Positions 34,728-44,128 of a stretch of DNA of 64,000 bases are shown piece by piece. The notes beneath the pieces are model-generated. The model saw only the letters and a program-made list of their open reading frames with translations. It searched no databases and was not told where the DNA came from. Position 1 is the first letter of the stretch. The number at the start of each line of letters is the position of its first letter. The position numbers were made by a program, and so were the translations under genes. Origin of the DNA: Candidatus Nomurabacteria bacterium GW2011_GWD2_36_14 (GTDB lineage: Bacteria; Patescibacteriota; Minisyncoccia; Phycocordibacterales; UBA9973); contig LBRL01000001.1 of NCBI GenBank assembly GCA_000991405.1, positions 527,989-591,988 on the forward strand, written 5' to 3'.

Positions 34728-37553
34728 ATGAAAAAACAAGTAGTACAAAAAATAATACTATCGCTAATAATTTTCACACTAGTTACTCCGTACATATATC
34801 AGTCTTCTAAAGCAGAAGCTGCTAAAATAGAGTGGGATAATCCAAGTAAAAATGGTAATCCTTATAAAATACAATTGACTGATACTTTAAATGGTAAATT
34901 ACTTACCGACGTTGTTTCTTGTACAGGGTTGGTGGATTCAGGTGTAAAGGCTGTAACAACTTTTTCTTCTGATTTATTAAAAAAAGCCGTTATAAATAAA
35001 TTAAAAAAACAAAAAACAAAAACTTGTGAGCTTGCTAAAAAGGGAGCAATTTCTGCAGTGGCTGGTGCTGTAAACCTAAGTTTAACCGATATAATAAAAC
35101 AGGTTAAATGTGAGGTTGATCCTACAACGGGGATTACAAATGTAAGTGACACTGCTTCTCAAGCAAAACAGCAAGAAATATTAAACCAATCATTAAAAGA
35201 ACAAAAGAGAAAAGAATGTTTAAATGGTATTGCCATAACACTTGCTAAAAACCAACTAGCTGCTATGACTAAGTATACAATGAACTGGGTAAACTCTGGA
35301 TTTGAAGGAGACCCTATGTATGTCCGTAATATTGATACATTCATGGGAAGAATGACAGACGACATTCTTATGAAAGAACTTAATATGTTCAAGGGTCAGC
35401 CACAATACTACCCATATGGTAACAGCTTCTACCGTAGTACAATCCTTGGTAATATTGCTAGAGGTAATTTTAAAGAATCAATGAAGCAAAACTTGTCCAA
35501 TTATTTGGGATCAGGTGGACTTGGTAATGATGCGGCAAACGTAGTTGATAGATATACAAATAATTTCGGGGAAGGTGGGTGGAATGCATGGCTTGCCTTT
35601 ACTCAATACCCTCAGAATAATTATTTAGGATATACACTAAAGACAACAGAGTATATAGCTGACAAACAAAATACCCAAGTTCAAAATACCAAAGAAGAAT
35701 TGCAACAGAACAACGGTTTCCTGTCACAGAAAAAATGTGTTGTTTATGGAACTACAGAAAAAGCTGCTCAGAGAAATTCGGAAAAGGAACAAGCCCAAGC
35801 ATCACTAGCGAGAAAATTGGAGGTTAGAAATAGTCTACAGAGTGCTATGTATACAGCATGCAAAATTGTGACGAATCCTGAGTGTAAAGGAGCAAATACC
35901 AACTTTCAGATAGCAGACAATGATTATGGTGAGGAGTTCGCTCTATATGCTAAAAAGTATAGCGAGACAGATGGAGCCACACAAGGGCAAGATAGTAAGA
36001 ATTGTACTAAATGGGAAACAGTTACTCCGGGAAGTGTCATAGCAGGGAAAATAAACACATACTTGAACTCAGAAGTAACACAACTAGAACTCGTAAATGG
36101 AGTAAATGATTTCTTGTCAGGAATATTTGACTCGTTGATATCAACACTCCGAAACGAAGGTCTTTCAAGTATATCTTCTATCAATAATTCTAAGGGGGGT
36201 ACTGGTTATAATAGTCCTATATATACCGATCCTAAAACAGGAGAAACATTGACTTCAAGTAATTATACAAATGAGTCTGTGGATTTAACAAAGGATCTAG
36301 GAAATACTTACATACATGATAAGTTGGCTTATAAAGGACTTTGGAATGCTAAAACAAATACACCAAAACTATTCATGGATACGGGTATTACAAACTCATA
36401 TTATACTGTGTCTGTTGCTGGAAATACAGAAATAATTAAAAATGGATACAATGGCTGGGAAGAAGGAGACAGAGCCTTCTTTGATGGAACAAATTGGCAA
36501 AATTGGAAAAAGGGAGAATTAAACCCTATAAAGACTCGTGGGACTGTTCAAACTCAACAAGACTATTTGATTGCAGCTAGAGAAGTATTAACCATATTAC
36601 CAGGAATTATGCCGAAGCTAGGGGAGCTTGACTATTGTATTCCTGGACCAAACCCTGGCTGGCAATTGAACACAAGCGAGACATCTGACGCATTTATGGC
36701 TTATGTGGACGGGCTTGATACTGACTATACTCCTTCAGGAGGATTCCTTGGTGCCAGAGATTATACAGAAATAAAATCTCCAGACCAAAACTCAGAAATA
36801 GTTAAAACATATCAAAAAATGTTTGAAAGCCCAATAGATAAAACATTTAGTATTGCAAACATCTGGAGTAAGGTATTAAATACTTACCCTTATTCTTCAA
36901 TCATGTATACAGATACACTAAGAGAGACAGGTCTGGGATGGAAGGGGACATATCGTGAGGGAGGAGCTAAATACTCAAGATCAGAAGAAGCTATAGGGGT
37001 GGTAACAGACTTAAAAGATAAAATCTTAAACGATTTAAATTTATTCCAGACAAAATACAATACTGAAATAAACAAAATATATGGACCAAATAGTTTAATG
37101 CAAAAAGAATTTTTAGAAAATGAAAGTACCAATGAATTAACCCTAAATCCTGCCTTTTTAGAAGTGTCTAAACCGGGGTTAAACATAACAAAAGATATAA
37201 CTTCTTATAATGATACAATTAAAGAAGCAACCGATACATACACAGAAGACATAGTTACCGCAAATATAAATATCAAAAAGTTGAACCTAATAAAGGATCG
37301 TGTAAGTCAGATAATTGTAGATGCTCAGAAAAGACGAGACGTAAATCGCGAAAGAATAATTAAAGAATACAACGAAACAAATAACACAAATATTACCCGT
37401 GCAGAATATGATAAATGTGCAAAAGAAGAAAATGTTTCATTCTATGAAGACACAGAGGTCCTAAAAAGCGGCACGACTGGAACAGAAAGATGTAGTGATG
37501 GAATAGACAATGATTTGGATGGATTAGTAGATGCACAAGATCCAGATTGTTGA
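34728..37553 (+). CDS. Large secreted protein of the T4SS-like locus
   Basis: Signal peptide; NWVNSGF, GGWNAW, GFLSQKKC, VTPGSVI blocks; C-terminal CSDGIDNDLDGLVDAQDPDC. Confidence 0.8.
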   Translation: MKKQVVQKIILSLIIFTLVTPYIYQSSKAEAAKIEWDNPSKNGNPYKIQLTDTLNGKLLTDVVSCTGLVDSGVKAVTTFSSDLLKKAVINKLKKQKTKTCELAKKGAISAVAGAVNLSLTDIIKQVKCEVDPTTGITNVSDTASQAKQQEILNQSLKEQKRKECLNGIAITLAKNQLAAMTKYTMNWVNSGFEGDPMYVRNIDTFMGRMTDDILMKELNMFKGQPQYYPYGNSFYRSTILGNIARGNFKESMKQNLSNYLGSGGLGNDAANVVDRYTNNFGEGGWNAWLAFTQYPQNNYLGYTLKTTEYIADKQNTQVQNTKEELQQNNGFLSQKKCVVYGTTEKAAQRNSEKEQAQASLARKLEVRNSLQSAMYTACKIVTNPECKGANTNFQIADNDYGEEFALYAKKYSETDGATQGQDSKNCTKWETVTPGSVIAGKINTYLNSEVTQLELVNGVNDFLSGIFDSLISTLRNEGLSSISSINNSKGGTGYNSPIYTDPKTGETLTSSNYTNESVDLTKDLGNTYIHDKLAYKGLWNAKTNTPKLFMDTGITNSYYTVSVAGNTEIIKNGYNGWEEGDRAFFDGTNWQNWKKGELNPIKTRGTVQTQQDYLIAAREVLTILPGIMPKLGELDYCIPGPNPGWQLNTSETSDAFMAYVDGLDTDYTPSGGFLGARDYTEIKSPDQNSEIVKTYQKMFESPIDKTFSIANIWSKVLNTYPYSSIMYTDTLRETGLGWKGTYREGGAKYSRSEEAIGVVTDLKDKILNDLNLFQTKYNTEINKIYGPNSLMQKEFLENESTNELTLNPAFLEVSKPGLNITKDITSYNDTIKEATDTYTEDIVTANINIKKLNLIKDRVSQIIVDAQKRRDVNRERIIKEYNETNNTNITRAEYDKCAKEENVSFYEDTEVLKSGTTGTERCSDGIDNDLDGLVDAQDPDC

Positions 37554-37633
37554 GCCACAACAACCGTAACAGCCTAAAGAGGGAAGAGTAAAAATAAGTT
37601 ATCTGATTAAATTATTAAATTAAATTGTATTTT

Positions 37634-39223
37634 ATGGAAAATAACCCTAAAAAAAGTAAAGCATTCATAATAACATTCATACTGATATTGATACTTTTGA
37701 TAGCAGGTTATTATATATACAAGAATAGAACTCAAATGTTTGATGCGAAGGGGTCTACTTCTATGAGCAAAATATTCTCGCCACTTCTAGGCACTTCTAA
37801 GACTAAAGAAGTAAAGGTTATAGAAGATCCAAATACAAAAATAACTACAACTCCAATAGTTCCTAAGAAGACTGGAGTAGTGATCACAGATGTAAACGGC
37901 AATAAGATGGTCCTATCCGAAGCAGGTGAAATACTCAAGAAAGGCGACGTACTATATATAGCAGGCTTCAACAAGAACGACCAACCAATAGTCATGAAGG
38001 CCATAGCCAATGACAAGAACAAGTCTCTGGTCTTCGGAGTGGCAGGCGAAGACATGAATAAAGGAGCCCTAGGCAACGTAATTATAGAAGGAATACTTAC
38101 TGGAGTCCCTACCAATAGGAAGGAGGGTACCCTCTGGGTAGCCAAGAATACTCTCTTCCTAAGTGACAAGGTATATGGAGGGATGACGAAGAACTCGCCA
38201 AAGGCTCCTTCGTATATAGTACCTGTCGGAAGTGTTATAAAGGTAGATCCAAAGAATGGGTCTATAAGAATAGGAGGCTTGAATGATACTCTAACTGCCA
38301 ACCTAGAGAAATTAAATCTACTACTTTTAAGTAATTCAAACATGCAACTTATAAATGCTGTTATTAGTGATCTTCGTGACTACTGGAGTTCTATATTTGG
38401 TAACGGACTCTTTGGAAATATTGACTATACAAGTGGTGGAAACATAACCCCCGGTACACCCCCTATAAATCCTATCAATATTCCAGCTGGTAATAATATA
38501 GGCGGTACTAATGTAGGTGGTGCTAACTATACTACAACTGGTAGTAATACAGAATGTTCAGATAAGATTGATAATGATGGGGATGGTCTGATAGATGAGG
38601 CTGATTCAAATTGTCATATCAGTGGAGACCTCGCTAAGGCTTATGTACCACTTCATAATTCGGAGTCAACTTCACCTGTAGACCCAAATGCTGATAAAAT
38701 AACTGATGACAATTCTTGTAAAATAATAGAACAGAATCCTTTAACCTTCACCTCTGCAGAAAAAAAAGAGCTCGATGATCTATTGCGTAAATATTATTTA
38801 ATTGCTTCTACTCTAAAAACAAAAAATGATATAAATCTTGTGTATGCTGAGATAGCACAATATAGAGCATTTATTGAACAAATAACTGATCTTACAAATC
38901 AATGTTATACTGAATTAAAATCCCCAAATTATACTGGACCAAAGACACAGTACGGAAATCCTTGGTATAAATATGATAGCAGAGGGTCTTATCTTGCAAA
39001 TAGTTTGAATTCAACTTGTAAGTACGAGAGCTCAACTACGAGTGGAAGTGGGTCCAGAAGAGGTGGAACTACCACTTCCGGATCAGCAAATGATCCTTAT
39101 TGTGAGCCAACAGTTGGAGCCAATGGTGATACCCGCCCAGAAAGATATAATTTCTGGAATATTCCAGCATTTAATTCACCAGTTGACTTGAGAGATTTCG
39201 AAATACTTTTGAATGTGTGGTAA
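37634..39223 (+). CDS. Membrane-anchored surface protein
   Basis: N-terminal TM helix; beta-rich domain; CSDKIDNDGDGLIDEADSNC motif. Confidence 0.78.
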   Translation: MENNPKKSKAFIITFILILILLIAGYYIYKNRTQMFDAKGSTSMSKIFSPLLGTSKTKEVKVIEDPNTKITTTPIVPKKTGVVITDVNGNKMVLSEAGEILKKGDVLYIAGFNKNDQPIVMKAIANDKNKSLVFGVAGEDMNKGALGNVIIEGILTGVPTNRKEGTLWVAKNTLFLSDKVYGGMTKNSPKAPSYIVPVGSVIKVDPKNGSIRIGGLNDTLTANLEKLNLLLLSNSNMQLINAVISDLRDYWSSIFGNGLFGNIDYTSGGNITPGTPPINPINIPAGNNIGGTNVGGANYTTTGSNTECSDKIDNDGDGLIDEADSNCHISGDLAKAYVPLHNSESTSPVDPNADKITDDNSCKIIEQNPLTFTSAEKKELDDLLRKYYLIASTLKTKNDINLVYAEIAQYRAFIEQITDLTNQCYTELKSPNYTGPKTQYGNPWYKYDSRGSYLANSLNSTCKYESSTTSGSGSRRGGTTTSGSANDPYCEPTVGANGDTRPERYNFWNIPAFNSPVDLRDFEILLNVW

Positions 39224-39271
39224 GTAGTGAGTAGTAATAGAAAAAAATAGTAAGTGGTATGTAAAATAATA

Positions 39272-41785
39272 ATGAAAAGAATTTTATCTTCTATTTTAAT
39301 ATCGTTCGTTATCCTCGCAAACTTCCTTGCGCCTTTTAGTGTAGGATGGAGTGACAAAAATAAACTCCCAAACATAGAAATAAAACAACAAAAGGCTGAG
39401 GCTGAATATAATTATGGATTAAAAGTAACTCCAACATTAGGAAACACATATATTAATCTTGGAATAGAATTAATTGAGGGAACAGCAACTGGTGATTATG
39501 CTACTATTGTTACAACATCTAGTACTGCCAAACTTGAGCTTAGAGCAACAGTATTACTAAATGATGAAAAGATAACTGATGATACTGCTAGTAATTTGGG
39601 TTCAGATAACAAAAAAACAGCCCTTAATTTAGATGGGCTAGAATCTGGAAAACCATATAAAACAAAAATTGAATTAGTAGAAGTTTTGAATAGTTTTTCT
39701 GCAAGTGGAATGCCGGGTTATGCTGGTAAAACTTCTAAAACATTATATGAAAAAATAATTGACACCCCCACAATAGAAGAAGGGGAACAAGCTGTAGTAA
39801 AAGAAGGAATAGACATAAGTGGAAAGAGTGATACACTAAAAACTCCTGTAGATAATCCCGACAACATGCCAGATTGTTCAATAGTACCAGCAAAAATAAT
39901 GGGGTGTATTGCACAAGGTTTCTATTATGTACTTTTCATGCCAACTTCATATCTTTTTGCATTGGCTGGAACCTTCTTTGATAGTACTTTTGCATATTCA
40001 GTCCAAGATACTTCCTATAGATCTGCTTTCGTAGTGCAAGGATGGGGACTTGTAAGAGACTTTTGTAATCTATTCTTCATATTTATACTTTTATATGTTG
40101 CATTTTCTACAATATTAAATGTTCACAATTTTAATACAAAACAAATAATAATAAATGTAGTAGTTATAGGATTATTCATAAACTTCAGTCTCTTTGCTAC
40201 TCAACTTATAATAGACGCATCAAATATAACTGCGAGGGTATTCTACAATTCAGATGCAATAAAAATTACAGAAAATGGGGCAAACGGAGTTACAGAAGCT
40301 ACCCCCGGCTTGGTGGTAGGTGAAGGTGGAGTTATACCTCTTTCTGCTGCCTTAGTAAACAAAGTTAATCCACAAAATTTAATTCTTCACTCTAAAGAAG
40401 TAAATAATATTCCAGACAAAGAAGGAAGAGCTAAATCCAATGCAGATGCAGCTGAAAATCTAGGGGCTGGATCATTTATACTAATAGTAATAATAGCTTC
40501 AGCTGTAAATATAGTAGGAATCATTGTTTTCCTGTCTGTAGGGCTTATGTTCATAGCTCGAGTCATAGGACTCTGGCTAGCTATGATAATGGCCCCACTG
40601 GCATTCTTCACTTATATACTTCCTGAACAAATGGCAGGAATCAAAATGATTGGATGGAAGAACTGGTGGCCAGAAACTTTCAAGCTGGCATTCCTAGCTC
40701 CAGTCTTCATGTTCTTCATGTATATAATACTCAAATTCTTGAGCTTGGACTTGATAGCAGATGTATCAAATAAAACTATTTCAAAAGACGGATTAGGATT
40801 CTTTGTGGCCACTCTTATTCCTTTCGCATTCATAATGATACTCATGTTAAAAGCAAAAGGAATTGCAAAAGATATGTCTGGAGAACTCGGACAGCAAATT
40901 ACCGGAGGTGTAGCAGCCGCAGGCGGAATGCTTCTAGGTGGCGCAGCTTTGAGTACTGCTTTCTTAGGAAGAAAGATAGTTGGTCAAGGTTTAGCTAAGG
41001 CCTCAAAAGGAGATACTGCTTCTCAACAATATATGGATCCAGCCAAAAGAGCCAATATGAATATACTTAGAAAAAGTCTTGGTTTTGTTGGTTCTGGTTT
41101 TGGTACTGGATATGGAATAAATAAGGTTCATGATTATACTGGTGGACAATTAAACAAAAAACAAAAAACAATCGAAGAAATTGACCATGCAAGACATACT
41201 GTTGATTCTGTTAAAGACAAAAGGTATAAAGATATTGAGTGGTCAAGACTTTCTAATACACAGCAACAAAATGTAAGGGGTGATTTCGTGAAAGAAAATA
41301 AGAGTAAGTGGGCACAAGATGAAGAAGACGCATATCGAAAATCAAAGAAATATAATGATAAAAAGGCACTAACGCCTACTGAGATAGCAGAACTAAGAGA
41401 TCGTGTAACAGCTAGAGCAAATAAAGAATTTGATCATGAAATAAAACTGTCTACAACAAAAGTTAAGGGGCTTAACAGGGCAATTTCACAAATTAATACA
41501 GGAAGTATGGATATAAGAAAGCTATCTGAAATAAAATCTGATAAAAGGGAAGGATTCTTTACTAAAATGCCAGTTGCTCTTACTGCCGCTATTGCTATGG
41601 GGATGCGAACAGGAATAAAAAGTAGTGGTTTAAGTGGGGGATCAATAAAGGTGGAGGGAAATTTTATGAAAGATTTAACAAACACAATCAGCGATTCATT
41701 AAAGCAAGCAAAAGTTAATGTTGATATTAGCCATGTTGGAGAAACAAAAAGTAGTGCAGACCCACACGCAGGAGGACATCATTAG
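39272..41785 (+). CDS. Polytopic VirB6/TrbL-like membrane protein
   Basis: GWGLVRDFCNLFFIFILL..INFSLF..IDASN; many TM helices; Gly/Ala-rich tail. Confidence 0.7.
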   Translation: MKRILSSILISFVILANFLAPFSVGWSDKNKLPNIEIKQQKAEAEYNYGLKVTPTLGNTYINLGIELIEGTATGDYATIVTTSSTAKLELRATVLLNDEKITDDTASNLGSDNKKTALNLDGLESGKPYKTKIELVEVLNSFSASGMPGYAGKTSKTLYEKIIDTPTIEEGEQAVVKEGIDISGKSDTLKTPVDNPDNMPDCSIVPAKIMGCIAQGFYYVLFMPTSYLFALAGTFFDSTFAYSVQDTSYRSAFVVQGWGLVRDFCNLFFIFILLYVAFSTILNVHNFNTKQIIINVVVIGLFINFSLFATQLIIDASNITARVFYNSDAIKITENGANGVTEATPGLVVGEGGVIPLSAALVNKVNPQNLILHSKEVNNIPDKEGRAKSNADAAENLGAGSFILIVIIASAVNIVGIIVFLSVGLMFIARVIGLWLAMIMAPLAFFTYILPEQMAGIKMIGWKNWWPETFKLAFLAPVFMFFMYIILKFLSLDLIADVSNKTISKDGLGFFVATLIPFAFIMILMLKAKGIAKDMSGELGQQITGGVAAAGGMLLGGAALSTAFLGRKIVGQGLAKASKGDTASQQYMDPAKRANMNILRKSLGFVGSGFGTGYGINKVHDYTGGQLNKKQKTIEEIDHARHTVDSVKDKRYKDIEWSRLSNTQQQNVRGDFVKENKSKWAQDEEDAYRKSKKYNDKKALTPTEIAELRDRVTARANKEFDHEIKLSTTKVKGLNRAISQINTGSMDIRKLSEIKSDKREGFFTKMPVALTAAIAMGMRTGIKSSGLSGGSIKVEGNFMKDLTNTISDSLKQAKVNVDISHVGETKSSADPHAGGHH

Positions 41786-41833
41786 TTTTAAGTAATAAGT
41801 AGAGTATAGTAAGAAAATTAGAATATAAAAAAT

Positions 41834-42565
41834 ATGGACCAAACAGAATTACAAGAAAAAATAGTGTTATACTACCAAAAGCTTCCAGAGGAAACTAAGG
41901 TACTTTTTGCTGGAATGTCTTGGCTTGAAACTCTTAAGGAAATAGATACAAAGTACTCTCTAAACGATGCTCAAATAGAAACCCTAGGGACAGAGACAAC
42001 AATACTCCTCCTTGGAATAATAAGTCTAGAAGATTACGTGCAAACTATAAAGGATGAAATAAAACTTGAAGGCACAGGAACAGATAATATGCTAGATGAA
42101 ATAGGAGATAAAATATTGAAAGACATAGCGCCTCTTCTGTATGAATCTTATGAAAAGAATGTGATGGAACTAGAAAAAGAGAATGTAAGTACTGATACTG
42201 TTCCTCTTCCACCTTATGCAGAAAAGAAACAAGCAGTAGAACCAAAAGTAAATCCTATCATTAATTCTGCATATTCTCACAATAATGAGACAGATATGTA
42301 CAGGGAGCATGGAATAGATGTGATATCCAACGACTATCCACAGACTACAAAAATGGACATACTTAAAAAGCAGGAAGAATTACAAGAAGAAAAGCATAAT
42401 GATAATTCAAACATAATAGCCAATAAGCTTTTCAATAATACTGCGAGTCAAAAGGTTGTGACAGATTATTCTATTCCAAAGGTTAATCCTCTTCTCAACA
42501 ACAATTCCTTGCCACAAGGTGGAATATCTACAAAGCCTCATGATCCATATCATGAGGAAATATAA
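41834..42565 (+). CDS. Hypothetical protein with C-terminal DPY(R/H)E motif
   Basis: 243-aa ORF ending HDPYHEEI, 2 nt upstream of the PrgI gene. Confidence 0.75.
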   Translation: MDQTELQEKIVLYYQKLPEETKVLFAGMSWLETLKEIDTKYSLNDAQIETLGTETTILLLGIISLEDYVQTIKDEIKLEGTGTDNMLDEIGDKILKDIAPLLYESYEKNVMELEKENVSTDTVPLPPYAEKKQAVEPKVNPIINSAYSHNNETDMYREHGIDVISNDYPQTTKMDILKKQEELQEEKHNDNSNIIANKLFNNTASQKVVTDYSIPKVNPLLNNNSLPQGGISTKPHDPYHEEI

Positions 42566-42567
42566 AA

Positions 42568-42990
42568 ATGCAATTTAAAGTACCACAATTTATAGATATA
42601 GAAGATAAGATATTTGGTCCTTTCACCTTTCGCCAATTCGCGTACCTTATAGGTGGAGGGGGGATAGTATACGTCTTGTACAGACTACTGCCATTCTGGA
42701 TCAGTATCTTCCTCATACTTCCCATCATAGGCCTGACTATATGCCTAGTCTTTGTAAAGATAAATACTAAACCTTTCGAATACTACCTAGAAGCGGCATT
42801 TACTTACTTCATATCTAGTAAGCTTTATATCTGGAAGCAAAGATTGGTCAAAAAGAGTGACAAGCTAGAAGAGGTAAGTGCCCTTACAACAATGTCCAAC
42901 GTACCCATGCTGACAGAGAATAAACTCAAGGATTTATCGTGGAGCTTAGATATTCAAGACAAGAAAGATAATAAAATAATTAATAGTTAA
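42568..42990 (+). CDS. PrgI family (VirB3-like) membrane protein
   Basis: MQFKVPQFIDIEDKIFGPFTFRQF plus two TM helices. Confidence 0.88.
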   Translation: MQFKVPQFIDIEDKIFGPFTFRQFAYLIGGGGIVYVLYRLLPFWISIFLILPIIGLTICLVFVKINTKPFEYYLEAAFTYFISSKLYIWKQRLVKKSDKLEEVSALTTMSNVPMLTENKLKDLSWSLDIQDKKDNKIINS

Positions 42991-43461
42991 GAATTAATAA
43001 TTAATAATGAAGGGGAATAATATTATAAGGGAAAAAAGTTATAGTTTTAGTCTTAAAATTATTAAGATATATCAAGAATTAACTCAAGAAAAGAAGGAAT
43101 TCATACTATCAAAACAATTAATTCGTTCTGGTACATCTATAGGTGCAAATATCGAAGAATCAACAGGTGCCCAGTCTAAAAATGACTTCATCGCTAAATT
43201 GAGTATCTCGTACAAAGAAACATGGGAAACTCTTTATTGGTTAAGACTTTTGACCGATAGTGGTTTCCTTAATAAGAAACAGTCTGATATTCTTATTTTT
43301 GACTGCGAAGAGTTACTTAAAATACTAGGAGCCATACTAAAAACCTCCAAATCCTAGGGTTTCATTATTAATTATTCAATGTGTGATATAATAAAAAGGT
43401 AATTAAAGTGTTTTGATTTATGTTTCTAAATTATTAATTATTAATTCTTAATTATTAATTA
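42977..43461. mobile_element. Putative cassette: four-helix-bundle gene within 32-bp inverted heptamer arms
   Basis: 42977-43008 and the reverse complement of 43430-43461 differ at 1 of 32 positions. Confidence 0.55.
43007..43357 (+). CDS. Four-helix bundle protein (23S rRNA IVP-like)
   Basis: LSKQLIRSGTSIGANIEES..DFIAKLSISYKE..ETLYWL signature. Confidence 0.92.
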   Translation: MKGNNIIREKSYSFSLKIIKIYQELTQEKKEFILSKQLIRSGTSIGANIEESTGAQSKNDFIAKLSISYKETWETLYWLRLLTDSGFLNKKQSDILIFDCEELLKILGAILKTSKS

Positions 43462-43468
43462 CTTACCT

Positions 43469-44122
43469 ATGGCAATAGACGCAAAAGCGGCACAAAGTTT
43501 CGTACCAATAAAAGAAGTTCGCAATGGAGTCATCGTACTGAAGGATGGGGGGCTTCGAGCCGTCCTTATCGCTTCATCTATCAACCTTTCACTTAAGGCC
43601 TCCGATGAGCAAGTCGCTATTATCAACCAATTCCAAAACTTCCTAAACGGGCTAGATTTCCCCACACAGATAGTCATACAATCTAGACGTCTCGATATAC
43701 GACCATACCTACTCATGCTTGATGGTCGCCTCAAAGAACAAACAGAACCACTTCTAAAAATTCAAACCAAGGAGTACATAGACTTCATTAAATCTTTCAC
43801 CGATGAAGTAAATATTATGACCAAGACCTTCTTTGTTGTCGTACCTTATAGTTCAAGTGTCATTAATGCTAAGAGTGGATTAATGGATAGTATTCTAAGT
43901 GGTGGCACTCAAAAGAAGCCAGTGGACGACAGCAAGAAGGCTGTGGACTTGGCAACCTTTGAAGAGAAGCGTAGCCAGCTCGAACAGAGAACCAACGTCA
44001 TTATAAGTGGACTAAGTGGCATAGGAATACGAAGTAGTGTACTGAAGACAGACGAAGTTGTAGAACTTTTCTATAAAACATTCAACCCAGGAGATATTAG
44101 TCAGGGAATAAAATTACAATAA
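43469..44122 (+). CDS. TraC-like / VirB4-associated protein
   Basis: IKEVRNGVIVLKDG..SINLSLK..FQNFLNGLDFPTQI; directly precedes VirB4. Confidence 0.75.
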   Translation: MAIDAKAAQSFVPIKEVRNGVIVLKDGGLRAVLIASSINLSLKASDEQVAIINQFQNFLNGLDFPTQIVIQSRRLDIRPYLLMLDGRLKEQTEPLLKIQTKEYIDFIKSFTDEVNIMTKTFFVVVPYSSSVINAKSGLMDSILSGGTQKKPVDDSKKAVDLATFEEKRSQLEQRTNVIISGLSGIGIRSSVLKTDEVVELFYKTFNPGDISQGIKLQ

Positions 44123-44128
44123 AACAAA

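Noticed and set aside
43007-43357. Diversity-generating retroelement (Avd-like protein)
   Set aside because: No reverse transcriptase and no TR/VR pair with adenine-specific mismatches seen
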